Below are positions 13,961 through 25,436 of a stretch of DNA of 64,000 nt, piece after piece (the stretch's first letter is position 1; each line of letters opens with the position of its first letter). Below the pieces are notes generated by a model. It was not told the DNA's origin and did no database searches. It worked only from the letters and a program-made list of their open reading frames with translations. This DNA comes from Selaginella moellendorffii. Its lineage: Eukaryota > Plantae > Lycopodiophyta. The translations under genes were made by a program, and so were the position numbers. The stretch covers positions 1,499,351 to 1,563,350 of the forward strand of contig NW_003314304.1 in the NCBI RefSeq assembly GCF_000143415.4. The letters are read 5' to 3'.

Positions 13961-15364
13961 ATGGAGCTAGCGTCTGGCTATGTCGCCTTGAGCAGGAGTG
14001 CCGGGTTTGTCACTAGCAGCAGCTCTTGCCACTTTCCGGCACTGGTCAGCAGCAGCTTCTCGGGGATTTTCAGCCACAGCTCCAGCTCGAGTAGCGTTCG
14101 CTGTAGGAGGAATGTGGTGGAAATTCTAGAGCAGAGGGGACTTGTCGAGTCGATTGCTGGCGAGAGCTTGAAGAAGGCATGCGACGAGAAACCCATCAAG
14201 GTGTACTGCGGCTTCGACCCCACAGCGGAGAGCTTGCACCTGGGAAACTTGCTGGGAATTGTGGTACTCGAGTGGTTCCAGCGGTGTGGTCACGAGACCG
14301 TGGCTCTTTTAGGTGGTGCGACTGGAAGAATAGGCGACCCATCGGGAAAGAGTGCTGAGAGACCTGTCATGGATGAAGCTACGATCGAGAAGAACACGCA
14401 GGGAATCCAAGCTCTTCTCACGGAGATCTTGCAGCAAAAGGCTGTTGTGCTCAACAATTACGACTGGTGGAAGGAGTTTAGCTTGCTCGAGTTCTTGCGG
14501 GATGTTGGAAAGTTTGCTCGGGTTGGAACGATGGTTGCAAAGGAGAGTGTGAAGAGAAGGCTGGCCTTGGAAGAAGGTATCAGCTTCACGGAGTTTACGT
14601 ATCAGCTACTGCAAGGCTACGACTTCGTTCATCTCTACAAAAGCAATGGCGTTTCGGTCCAGATCGGTGGCAGCGATCAGTGGGGGAATATAACTGCTGG
14701 AATCGACTTGGTACGCAAGCTCTTGCAACGAGACGATGCCTACGGCCTCACTTTTCCACTTCTCGTCAAGAGCGATGGAACCAAGTTCGGAAAATCGGAA
14801 GGTGGCGCGGTGTGGCTCTCGTCGAAGTTCCTGTCGCCGTATCACTTCTACCAGCACCTCTTTGCGACACCCGACTCGGACGTGATCAAGATGCTGAGAA
14901 TGCTCACGTTTGTGGAGCTGGAGGAGATCGAGGCGCTGGAGAAATCCATGTCCGAGCCGGGGTACGTCGCCAACACTGCTCAGAGAAGGCTGGCGGAAGA
15001 AGTGACGAGGTTCGTGCATGGAGAAGATGGCTTGGAGGAGGCTCTGAAAGTCACACAGGCACTGGCTCCTGGAAGCACCACGACGCTGGACTGGACAGCG
15101 ATCGAGGCCATCTCCAAAGACGTACCGTCGTGCACGCTCGACTCGTCCATCGTCGTCGGCCCCGTGGTGGATCTGTGCGTCAGCTGCGGCCTCGCTCCGA
15201 GCAAAGCTGTTGCTCGTCGCCTCATCAAACAAGGTGGCATCTACATGAACAACGCGAAGGTGGACGACGAGAGATTGCTCGTGGCGGAGTCGGATATCAT
15301 CGATGGCAAGATGCTGCTACTTTCGGCAGGAAAGAAGAACAAGATGGTCGTCCGGATTGGTTAA
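13961..15364 (+). CDS. tyrS: Organellar (bacterial-type) tyrosyl-tRNA synthetase, intronless
   Basis: 467-aa ORF with Ser-rich transit peptide, YCGFDPTAESLHLGN (HIGH), GGSDQWGNI, KFGKS and an S4-like C-terminus. Confidence 0.95.
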   Translation: MELASGYVALSRSAGFVTSSSSCHFPALVSSSFSGIFSHSSSSSSVRCRRNVVEILEQRGLVESIAGESLKKACDEKPIKVYCGFDPTAESLHLGNLLGIVVLEWFQRCGHETVALLGGATGRIGDPSGKSAERPVMDEATIEKNTQGIQALLTEILQQKAVVLNNYDWWKEFSLLEFLRDVGKFARVGTMVAKESVKRRLALEEGISFTEFTYQLLQGYDFVHLYKSNGVSVQIGGSDQWGNITAGIDLVRKLLQRDDAYGLTFPLLVKSDGTKFGKSEGGAVWLSSKFLSPYHFYQHLFATPDSDVIKMLRMLTFVELEEIEALEKSMSEPGYVANTAQRRLAEEVTRFVHGEDGLEEALKVTQALAPGSTTTLDWTAIEAISKDVPSCTLDSSIVVGPVVDLCVSCGLAPSKAVARRLIKQGGIYMNNAKVDDERLLVAESDIIDGKMLLLSAGKKNKMVVRIG

Positions 15365-16030
15365 GATCCTCGCGAAGTCAGTCACAAGAACGAGATGGTT
15401 GTCTAGATTTTTCAAGCTCCTCGTAGTCGGCGGTCGTCTCGATCGGTTAAGTTCTTCGTGAGGCCAGTCACGGGAGAGCGAGCTTGTCGAGTCGATGGTC
15501 GTCCAAGTTTCTCGCTAAGGTCAGTACTTTGAGATGGTTGTCTAAGCTCCCCGCTCGCGTAATCGGCCACAGGGAAAGGACGGACTAAGAACAAGATGGT
15601 GGTTAAGTTCTTTGCGAAGCCAGTCACGGGAGAGCGAGTTTCTGAGGATCCAGTGCAAGTGTTTGCGCAAGTTTCTCTCATAGTCGGTACTTTGAGATGG
15701 TTGACTAGATTTTTCATCTGGGAAAGGAAGTACGAAGAACAAGATGATCGTCTCGATCGGTTAAGTTCAGTCACGGGAGAGCGATCCCGTCAGGATTCGG
15801 TTACAGGAAAAGCAAGTTTTTGCGCAAGTTTTCTCTCAAAGTCAGTACTTCGGTGAACAGGAAACGAGGAGATTGTCCGTTCAGTCTCGAGAAGATGGTC
15901 GTTAAGTAATCATCAGGGAGGAGGAAAGTTACAAACAAGCGAACAACACGGCATCGGTTAAGCTACTCGCAAAGTCAGTCTGGATCTGGATCGCGAGAGA
16001 AGCGACACGGACTGTGGATCAGTTAAGTTA
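15335..16030 (+). repeat. Degenerate tandem repeats derived from the TyrRS 3' end
   Basis: AAGAACAAGATG..(TCGATC)GGTTAAGTT..CAGTCACGGGAGAGCG recurs near 15335, 15430, 15587, 15735 and 15890. Confidence 0.65.
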
Positions 16031-16606
16031 TCCTCGCAGCGAAGTCATCAAGAAGAGGAAGACAAGGAGGAAGAGCCAAGAACAGAGGGAAAGCAAAAAC
16101 AATGCCGTGAAACTTCCACAGGTGCTAGGCCTGGATTGGGCGCTGCGTCTCGGCCACATGGTTGGCTGCCTGTCCGGAGCAAACGAGCGAGCACTACATG
16201 TGTGCCTGTGGCTGTGGTCAGAGCGCCAAGCTTATTCAGCGGAGCAAACAAAACAGCACAAGCACGCTCGCTGCTTCCTTCGTCTCCTCTCCATTTAAGT
16301 AAGCTTTTCTTTCTTCTCCACTTCGCATTCTTTTCTAGTTTCTCTAAGTGCTCGCCTTTCCAGGGGCTCGATCGAGAATGCCAAGCGTAAGGAGATCTAC
16401 TACTACCACCTCGCTCTCGCACTCTCGCTCGCACAGAGTTCGTTGCTTCTGTTCGAATTTTTTCCGTTTGGAAAAATCCCAGCCGGGTGAAGTGCACCGA
16501 CGAGAAAGTGCTCGCCATCGCCCAGATTTGAGCGTACGTAAAACCATCATCAACGCGGTTAAGATCGCGACTAAGACCTACAACCACGAGCGAGGAGCAC
16601 ACTTAC

Positions 16607-16875
16607 ATCTCCAAAAAGTAAGCTTTTAATCTTTGTTTCACGCTAGACGAGCTCCTGGCTATGGAGGATGAGAGAGAGATCTCCAAAAAGAAAGCTTTTG
16701 TTTCGATGATTCCCTCTAAACGAGCTTTTGGCTATGGAGGATGGCTTTTAGCAACAGAGAGATCTCCAAAAAGAAAGCTTTGTTTCGATGATTCCCTCTG
16801 AACGAGCTTTTGGCTATGCAGAGATCTCCAAAGCTTTGCTTGGAGCTCTTGGCTATGGAGGATGGCTATGGAGAT
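16607..16875. repeat. About 4 degenerate ~70-85-bp tandem repeats downstream of EIN3
   Basis: GAGATCTCCAAAAAGAAAGCTTT...GAGCTTTTGGCTATGGAGGATG repeated. Confidence 0.7.
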
Positions 16876-17027
16876 TAAATCGAGAACAATACATTATACA
16901 AACACTAAGCACAGGAAAAAGCGTTTCGTGTGTGGTTTATAACTTGACACTCTCCATTCTTCCCAAAAGTTGGCGGGACGATCTTGGCGATGGTTTTTTT
17001 TTTAAATCTATGCCTCTCTCGATCTCG

Positions 17028-19553
17028 TCAAGCTCCGAAGTACCAGATCGGCTCGTCCGTGATGATCTCGTGCGAAGCTCCCCGGCACAGCATTCTCGAG
17101 TTGTCCATGGCCAGATTCAAGCTCGCCGCTGGGACGTAGGCCTGCACGGCGTTGTGAAGCACCAGATTCTCTCCCAGTACGTGATGATGGTGGTGGTGGT
17201 GCGATGGCGGTGGAGGAGGAGGAGGAGCCTCGAATTGTGGCTGCTGCTGCTGGTAGTGCTGGCGATTGTGCTGCTGCTGCTGCTGCTGTTGATGGTGCTG
17301 TTGATGGTGATGGTGCTGGTGATGATTCGCAACTCCGCTAAACAACTTGTGATCCATCCGATGCTCGTGATGATGATGCTGCTGCTGCTGCAGACCGCGT
17401 CCCGGATCCAAAACCGTCACTCTACTGTGACTGTTGCTCGCGGCGGCGGCGGCGTTGTTACTGCCAAGAGCAAATCCCAGGCCGCTAAAACCATGATCCA
17501 TGCCGCTGCCACCGCCACCATCGCCAAAGTGATGATCGCCGAGCTTGTGGTCGATGGCTTCCACCAGCTGCTGGAGCTGGAGCCCCGCGGTGCTGCCACC
17601 GTAAATCCCCAGTAGCAGCTCGTGAAGTGGCTGGCTGCTATTGCTGGCGGTGGTGGCTGTGCCAGTGGTGGTGATGGTGGTGGCGGGGGTGGTGGTGCCA
17701 TTGCTGGACGCAAGCAGTGCTGCTTGGGCCTGTGGAGGATGCGAGAGATCCTCGGCTGACAGGATCGCGGATTGAAACAAGCCGGCTTTGTTGTCTTGCT
17801 GCTGCCCCGCGATTAAGGCGCTTGTCGTCGCCGCCGACGCCGCCGCCACCGAGGCTGGCGCTTGACTGCCAAAGCCATGGATGTGATTCTGGTGCTGACT
17901 CCCATTCCCGGCGTGGATCACACTGACACACTTCGCTTCCGGCCTGTGCGGGCAGCTGCTCTGGTGGATGTTCCTCAAGCTCCTGTCCCCAAACGCGAAC
18001 TTGAGGTCGTGATGGCGGCAGTCCTCGTACTGGCAAAGGAACGCTCGGTTCACGTTGTCTCCTCCCAGATTACTGCTCAGACTCCCTACCAGCCTCGGGA
18101 TCCTCCGCTTGTTCCAGCTCTCGTCCTGCTGATGATCCACCACCATGTGATTGTGATGCTGCTGCTGCGACATGATCTTACTCTCCTGCTGCTGCTGGTG
18201 AAGAACAACGTCCGCAAGCTCCCCATTCACCACACTCACGTTGGCCGTGGTGGCAGTGGCAGCACCGGATCCCCCACGACCACCACTCGATCCAACGAAA
18301 GCTGGCGGCCCATTGACCTCGGCTGGATCATCCTCGCACGAGACAACGTTGAGCGAGCCATCGAATCCATCCACGTCGTACTCGCTCGTACTGCTCAGCG
18401 CCAGACCGTTGCTCCCTTCACTGTTGTTGCCGCCAGTGGCGGCCTGCTGGATCTGCGAGCCGGAGATCACCATCCCGTTGCTCATCACAATCACCTGGCT
18501 ATGGTGGTGGTGGTGGTTCTGCTGCTGCTGCTGCTGCCCGATCAAATTCCCCGAGCACTGCCTCGCCAGCGCCTCCTCCTGGTTGAGCACCGAGATCCAC
18601 GTCGCGCTCTCCTTGGCAGTCATCTTGTCTTGCAAGCACTTGGACTGCCTCACGAGCTTCCTGATCTTCCCGATATCTGGGGACATGTGTCGGATCACCG
18701 CAGTGAGAACTCCAACCTTCCACACCTTCTTGAGATCATGGGGCTTCTTATACGGCGGCGGCCCCTGCCCCTTTGGAAGCCCAAGCTCGGGCCACCACTC
18801 CTCGTCGCCGCTCGGCCACCACGGCGGCGCCACCCCTTTCTCCAGCGGGTACCTCCGCTGGGGTGGATCGCAGTGCTGCATTAGCGCCGAGAGAAGCGAT
18901 CCGAGGGTGGTGTCCTGGAGCTCCTGGAGAGTGTGTGGCGTCGGGGCGGCGGCGGAGAGCTGGCCAGCGCCTCCGCCGGATCTGGAGCAGATGCCGTGCT
19001 CCGCCTCGTACTTGGCGATGGCGGCGGGGCCGTTCCGATCGAAGCGGACCTTCTCCTTCCACCACGCGCGGATGTTGTCGCTGGCGCCGCTCACTGGCTT
19101 GCCCTTCTCGGGGATGATGCCATAGACGAATCCTTGGGCTTTGCAGACCTCCATCATCTTGAGCATGTACTTGAGGATCCCGTCCTGGGCTCGCGACATC
19201 TTCTTCCGCCGGGCTTGCTCCTGGGATTGCTTGTGCTTGGGGAGATTGCCCAGATTCTGGTGCTGCGCTGCTGGGCCGTCGTGATGCTGCTGCTGCTGCT
19301 GCCCATGGCTGCTGTGATTCGAGTGATTCGAGGAGAATGCGTTGTTGACCCTGGCCTTTTGCTTGTCCTTGATCCGCTTGAGCCGCAGCCGATCGTTCCA
19401 AATCCTCTTCTCCAGCTCGTCCACGTCCATGTCGTCGTCGCTGAAATCCTCGTGATCCTGGACGACCGCCTCGCCCAGGCCTCCATCGTTGTCTCCCACA
19501 AGATCCACGTCCAGGCCATAGCAGAGATCCGGGTCGCCGCCGTGGAGCTCCAT
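17028..19553 (-). CDS. EIN3: EIN3/EIL ethylene-signalling transcription factor, intronless, with a polyQ/H C-terminus
   Basis: [84 protein letters not shown]. Confidence 0.95.
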   Translation of the reverse strand: MELHGGDPDLCYGLDVDLVGDNDGGLGEAVVQDHEDFSDDDMDVDELEKRIWNDRLRLKRIKDKQKARVNNAFSSNHSNHSSHGQQQQQHHDGPAAQHQNLGNLPKHKQSQEQARRKKMSRAQDGILKYMLKMMEVCKAQGFVYGIIPEKGKPVSGASDNIRAWWKEKVRFDRNGPAAIAKYEAEHGICSRSGGGAGQLSAAAPTPHTLQELQDTTLGSLLSALMQHCDPPQRRYPLEKGVAPPWWPSGDEEWWPELGLPKGQGPPPYKKPHDLKKVWKVGVLTAVIRHMSPDIGKIRKLVRQSKCLQDKMTAKESATWISVLNQEEALARQCSGNLIGQQQQQQNHHHHHSQVIVMSNGMVISGSQIQQAATGGNNSEGSNGLALSSTSEYDVDGFDGSLNVVSCEDDPAEVNGPPAFVGSSGGRGGSGAATATTANVSVVNGELADVVLHQQQQESKIMSQQQHHNHMVVDHQQDESWNKRRIPRLVGSLSSNLGGDNVNRAFLCQYEDCRHHDLKFAFGDRSLRNIHQSSCPHRPEAKCVSVIHAGNGSQHQNHIHGFGSQAPASVAAASAATTSALIAGQQQDNKAGLFQSAILSAEDLSHPPQAQAALLASSNGTTTPATTITTTGTATTASNSSQPLHELLLGIYGGSTAGLQLQQLVEAIDHKLGDHHFGDGGGGSGMDHGFSGLGFALGSNNAAAAASNSHSRVTVLDPGRGLQQQQHHHHEHRMDHKLFSGVANHHQHHHHQQHHQQQQQQQHNRQHYQQQQPQFEAPPPPPPPSHHHHHHHVLGENLVLHNAVQAYVPAASLNLAMDNSRMLCRGASHEIITDEPIWYFGA

Positions 19554-20266
19554 CTTGCGGATCGATCGGAGTGGAAATATTTCGAGCAAGCGCTTCCGAG
19601 AGGAGGGAATATTTCGGAGCGATTACCTCCAATTCGCCATGGAAAGCCGAGGATCGAATGGGAAAAGCGAGGAAGATCACGGGATGCAGAGAGAAAGAAG
19701 GAAAAAGCTCGATTCAACGCGAGCCCCTTGTGTGATTACCTAGCTCCATCGATGCCCCGTCGACGCGCGCTGCGCTCGCCGATCGCGCCCGTGACACAGT
19801 GGCGCAGCGCCTTCAAATTCGACACATTGCCCGGGCAAGCGTCACAATCCCAATGCCGCCACCGCTGCGAGGCGCTGCCAACACGATCAACGAGAATCGA
19901 TGCCCTAGCGCATCAAGATCCCCGCTTTGCTCGGCGAGAGAGAGAGGAGCAATGGCGCAGCGCTCCTCGCCATAGCCAACTACTAGCTAATAGCTATCCA
20001 TCCAAATGCCGTACAATTCCCCCCAGGTCGGGTTTATGACATGGAAGTCCACTGGCTTTTTGACACGTGGCACAGCTACATCTGGATATACAATCCAGCC
20101 ACCGTGGACGCCCTTTTCAGCCCTTCGGGCTTACGGCCAATTTAGGTATCTGCCTCAAATTTAGCTAACCGGTTTGTTGCCAGATTTAGCAGCTCCCCGA
20201 ATTTAAATCACTTTTGTCCAAGCTGCCAGTTTGTCGGAATCCAGTTTGGGTCATAAAATGGACCAC

Positions 20267-20398
20267 TGGCGGACGCCGGGCTCGAACCCGGACCAGCGGA
20301 TGCCGCGCCGCGCCGGAGTCGAGCCACGAACCGGCGGTCTCGTCGCCGGACTCGAACCCGCCACCGTACGCTCTACGCCTCCACCGCTACCATACGCC
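20267..20398 (-). other. tRNA/SINE-like element with an A-box-like motif and three T-arm/B-box-like motifs (copies at 37060-37193 and 60407-60539)
   Basis: Minus strand reads TGGTAGCGGTGG, then GGGTTCGAGTCC, GGCTCGACTCC and GGGTTCGAGCCC, ending in CCA. Confidence 0.4.
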
Positions 20399-21643
20399 TC
20401 TCTCTAGTTTATTATACGCCTCCAATCCTTGGTAGTGCTTCCTCATGATCACCTCTACGTGACAACCAACCCGGCGTAGAGTACGTGGGGTACGACGTTT
20501 GAAACTCCATTCATTGGGCTTTGTTAAAGAGAATAAAAGAGAGAACGCCACTGTAGCTAAACCTAGAAATCAAAAACTAAACTACATCGTGCCATTATTG
20601 GTTTGACTCTATGGCTTAGATGCAACACCTTTTACTCGGGCGGTGCCCTAACCCTAGCGAATAATAAAATATTCGCTGCGGAGAATATTCCGGAATCTGG
20701 TCCACACGATAGCGAGGAGTGACAAGAGGTTTTGGGGCCCCCCCAAAATGCTTATTTTTAATGTTCGCTGGGAGTCCATGTTCCCTCTTTAGCTCCCCAT
20801 GTGTGGCCTTTGTTTTTGTTGCCAGCAAAAGAAACACACAGAAAGTTTGAAGAAGAGAGAGAGCACAAAAATCTGAGAGGAGAGAAAGAAATGGCACCGG
20901 CTTTGATTGACTTTGCCCCGCTCCATTTCTTTGATCCCTCCATCTCCATCTCGTCCTTTTTCTTGTTCTACTCGGACTCGGACGATTTGATCCATGTCAT
21001 GTTTCGCTCGAAGTCGATGGATCACTGCCCGATCACTCCACCACTTCTTGTCGACTGGAAAAGTCTTTAAATTCCTCTCGCTGACACGGCATTAGCCTGA
21101 GATCAAGGCCGCGGATCATCCAGCAAAGTCTAAGCTTTTTGCCAAGGATGTGACAAGCTAACGTGTTGTCCAGAGCGCTTACAGGTTCCATTGTTTTTTC
21201 CATGACAATTCTTTTTCCTCCGGCGACCGGCACGAAAGTCGTCCGAAGCAACCCAAACTGGAAACAAGATACATGCCCAGTTTCTCGGACAGATTTCCTC
21301 AAGCCCGGCAGCACACGGAAGACGAAGAAATTCGTTAAAAAATCCACGAGCAAGGAGAGAGAGAGAGAGAGAGACATAAAGAACTTTGCCAAGCCCAAAG
21401 TCGTTGATGTTAAGCTAGGCCATGCTTGAAGCGCGTGATGATGATCATGAAAGTTCCTGTCGAGATGCTCGGTGGATTCTCCGTGTCTCCAGCTAGAGAC
21501 TTATCGATCAATCCACAGTGTGCGGCAGCCGTCGTTTCGCTCGATCGCTCCCTCGTTTGCAAAAGCTCGGACTTGACGATCCTTCTCTTTCTGCCATGGA
21601 TTCCTCCATGAAGAGACCACCGAACCAAGTTGCGAGAGTGAGG

Positions 21644-22215
21644 TTAAGCTGTAGTGATCTTACGGACATCCTCTTTTTGGATTGATTCCTTTTTTACTCC
21701 GTGTATCGTATCGACACTGTTGTAGAAGAAACAAACGAGTTTTGGAGGTAGCAACTTCCCTTCCATTTGATTGATACATGAAGAACAAGACATCGCTTGC
21801 AAGTGGAAGATCACACGGGAGATGTTTGGAGTCAAACTGGAACTTTCGTGATTGTTACGAGCACCTCCCCTGAATCCAGCACCACACTATCTATCTGGTA
21901 ATGTTTCAAAACGAGTAAACTAATCAGTGTTTGTTGGGAATGAATGTTTGTGCTGCTTGGCCACTTGCACTGCGGCGGCAGCAGAGGAGGATGTTTTGCG
22001 GGAACTATACCTGACTAAATCGAAGTACTTTAATTGCAATTTGCAAGATCACAAGTACTAGTCCTGAAGAAAAACAGCAAGATGTGCTTATAATCAAGGC
22101 ATTCTTGCAACGCAAGTGGAAATTCACTATGTTTACCTGGGCTTTCTGAGGATGCTTCATCTGAATCGCATAGTGTCACCCTGCCGTATGAAAAAGACAA
22201 GAGAAAAATTCTTAC
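21644..22215 (-). pseudogene. Spliced gene fragment with an HMA-like CxxC motif (copies at ~38430-39000 and ~61802-62370)
   Basis: IFHLQAMSCSSCINQMEGKL...IHGVK resembles a heavy-metal-associated domain; GT-AG-bounded exons lie upstream. Confidence 0.3.
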
Positions 22216-22339
22216 TCACTAGAGTTTGGCAATTTTACTCTAGCTACTACAATTTTTCCATTGTTGATACTCACTGTAGCTTCATTTAACTCCACACTTT
22301 TTTATTTGATTAGAGATGTAAAGTTTTGTGTTATGTTCT

Positions 22340-24190
22340 AGAATTTTGTCTATAGTTACAAAACCACAAGTTTATCCATAAATGGATTGATATTACTATA
22401 AACAATTAAAAAGAACAACTTGAAAGACAATTAATAAGGTTCAAATATAGAGGAAAAGGGCTCATGAATAAAAATACATTTTATTTTCCAAGCATTTTTC
22501 CAATTAATTAAAGGTCTTGGGATATTTGGGGTTAAGTGTCTTTGGGTTAGGTGACTTCCCGGGAATTTCAAATTCAAAAGTTTATAATTACTTCAATGCA
22601 AAAGTATAATTTCAACTTCTCTCTCTTCCTTTCAACTTTTTTTCTTTGCTTTTCAATATGTAGTGAGTGAAATGCTTTCACTCGTAAGTTTTTCATAGGT
22701 GAGTGAATAAAACTTGATTAACTTTTATAATCTACTTTTCCAAAGTTACATTTAAGATGGCCAAGTGAGCAGTGTGATGTGCTCTTACAACCAAGTGAAT
22801 AGTTTCTTAACTTGTGCTAATCAAAGTTTGCTCACAGATATAATACAAAATAAGTGGGGATGCAATAAATTTATTCATTTCTCTTCTCTAGAAAAATCAT
22901 TCTTTTACTTCTTGTTAAATATATAGTTTTTGATTGTGATGTTCTTCACTTTTTTTGAAGGGTATACTCCCTTAGCCAAAGATGCAATTGTTGATTCCAT
23001 GTTATAGGTAAAAATTTGATAATTAGAATTGTTGCAGATTTCAATATTAATTTTGGGACCAACTTCTAAAGTTTTACCAAGATTATTTTAAATTAATAAG
23101 TTCAAAACTCTTTCTTGACAATCATGAGAAGTCAACACTTCAAATTGGAAATATCACCAAGGTTAACTTTAACCATATAATATCCAATCTCATTACAACC
23201 AAAATGTGGCTTAGATTATTCAATGGCAATCTAAACACTTAACCATATTCATCACTTGGAAATGCAATGATAAATATCAACAGTTTGCTTTAGATATTGC
23301 TTTCCAAGGAATTGTTCTCCTAAAAAACAATGGCTTACTACTTTTATTCACAATCTTGAAAATTGTGGCTCGTATAGGAAACTATATAAATACAACATAC
23401 ATGATACTTGGAAACTACAAATGTGAAAGATAAGTTTTTTCTCAAAACTCTTTAGATATTATTTATGGTTTTTTTGGAGAAATGTCATACAAGTATGTAT
23501 CACCTTTGCAAAACATGCAAATCTACAATAATAACATTCTCTATTTATAGTACTTATTTCGAGAATGTAGTCTCAACTCATTTCCAACATTTCAAATGCA
23601 ACCACTTATCTTATTATTCTTGTGATCACTACTTTTTGTTGATATCTTGGCTTTCAAGGACAATTTATGAATCTCAAGTGTTATTTGGTTTGGATATTTT
23701 CGTTAGTCCAAAAGTGCTACTCTCACTCTTATTACTTTTGGAGCATAAAATCCAAGTATTCCTTCTCTTGCTTTTTTTTCTTTGTAATACAAACATTGAA
23801 TCTAAAATTAAGTGGTCACTTGGTAAATACTTAGTACCACAAGGCATCCATAAATGTTTCCATATTGGATATGAAAATGAAATACAATCCATTGTTGATA
23901 TTTAAGGAGAAACTATCAATTTTACACAAGGTTACTAACAACTTTGGTGATATGGTAAGCAACTTTTTGCAAGTGAGATTTTTAGAGTGTAAGTTTTGTA
24001 AATGATACACAGATGAAAATAATTATAAGAAAAGTTACAATTTTTTGATACCCCTGGCAACGGTCAGGTGGATTCGTTTCGTGTTTGGATTGTTTTACTC
24101 AACTTACTTGTACAAGCACCAACAAAGCTCTCCTTCAAAAGCAAAAAAAAGGAAACTCATGAGATTGTCCAACTGTAAAGAGTAACAAAG
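22340..24190 (+). pseudogene. BXL: GH3 beta-D-xylosidase pseudogene, copy A, strongly AT-decayed
   Basis: DGQVSSVMCSYNQVN, YIVxDCD, FQGIVLLKNNG, MILGNY; many stops and frameshifts. Confidence 0.8.
22397..22586 (+). mobile_element. Decayed Cassandra solo LTR with ATTAC target-site duplication
   Basis: Aligns to LTR 43883-44076; ATTAC at 22392-22396 and 22587-22591. Confidence 0.8.
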
Positions 24191-25051
24191 ATTAATCCAA
24201 TCACTTACAAAATGAAGTATAAATTTATAATAACATTTTGCCCAATCTCGACAAAACCATTAATAAATCAAAGCTTTAGCCAAATGTTCATCTTTGCTTG
24301 ATAATCTAGCTCCACTCAACCAATATATAAAGCCCTAAGTTGGATAATGTATTTTTTATCAAGCTGGTCCTCTTTAATAAGTTCCATATATAAATAATAT
24401 AGTGATTTACCCTTTCTTCTTTTGTAAGTTATTGTCTAAAAAGAGTTTATTTTAAATTCACTTAAATCTTTCTCTTGAGAAATTACTTAGCTTGGCATAA
24501 AATCTTAGCAACCCAATACTAAATACTAGTCCAAAAATTTGAGAAAAACATATAAACCAGTATAGTAATGATAATTTGAAGCTTTTTCTTGCCAATTTAC
24601 AAGGTATAATAAATGATTGAGATGTTGGTTCTCTAGACAAGGATGAGATAAAGATTGGGAGTGATCTTAGGCAAACATCTCTAAGCCAAACTTCTTCATT
24701 TGGCTCATAAACTTGGTTGAGTTTGCAAAGGTTTCGATAAAGTTTATTTTTGAATTTTTGCATGTCATAAATGCTTATCAAGGCAATGTAAATAGGAGTA
24801 TACTATAATTATGGCTTGTCATTTTTGTTATGGTGGTTGTGATTGCAACTATCACCATGCTTTCGACATCTTTATAAATGATTAATTTTTTTTTACTTTA
24901 GGATCATCTAAAGGAGTCTCACTTATAATTTCTATAGGCCCTGATATTAATTTGGGTGTTTCCTAACTTTAAGATGTGTTTTTGTAACCACATCAACTTT
25001 GTACTTGGTCTAAATGCTCTATGTGTCTAGTTCCACTTTTGGATACCCAAA

Positions 25052-25436
25052 TGGTTAGATAACTTTTTATGAAGTCCAAATTTAAAAACTTATATTGGTA
25101 TTAGAAAAGTGTAAGGTGTGACTCTATTAGTTGATTAAAAAAATCACACCACATGTTAAGATTGATATTTAATAGGTTTAGTTTACTCTAATTTTAACTC
25201 GAGGGGTAAGGTGTTAAAAGAGTAAGGCTCTTAGAAGAGCCCTACTCTTGCAAAAAAACATGATGGATTATAAACAACCAAAGATAATAACTTAAAAAAT
25301 TATTAATATTATTTTAAATATAGAAATGTACTCTTTGTTCCAATTAGTTATAAGTATTAGGTTATTTGAGATTAAGCATCTTTAAATAGTATTGGGTTAG
25401 ATGACCTTCTAGAAAGCCCAAATTCAGGAGATTATA
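25052..25436 (+). mobile_element. Decayed, 5'-truncated Cassandra TRIM (copy at ~42461-42877)
   Basis: LTR end, TTGGTATTAGA PBS remnant, internal region and LTR all align to 44040-44475. Confidence 0.7.

Noticed and set aside
13961-15364. Horizontal transfer or contamination for the intronless bacterial-type TyrRS
   Set aside because: It has a transit peptide, and organellar TyrRS is a normal plant nuclear gene.
16100-16600. Possible ncRNA or small ORF between TyrRS and EIN3
   Set aside because: Moderately GC-rich, but I found no recognisable motif, convincing hairpin or Pol III promoter.
16788-20039. Long plus-strand ORFs (275-368 aa) opposite EIN3; similar ORFs opposite IPMS and TyrRS
   Set aside because: Antisense shadows of GC-rich, low-complexity coding sequence with no recognisable motifs.
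20850-20870. miR529/miR156-like sequence GAAGAGAGAGAGCACA
   Set aside because: Low-complexity match, no complementary hairpin arm nearby, and not conserved in units B and C.
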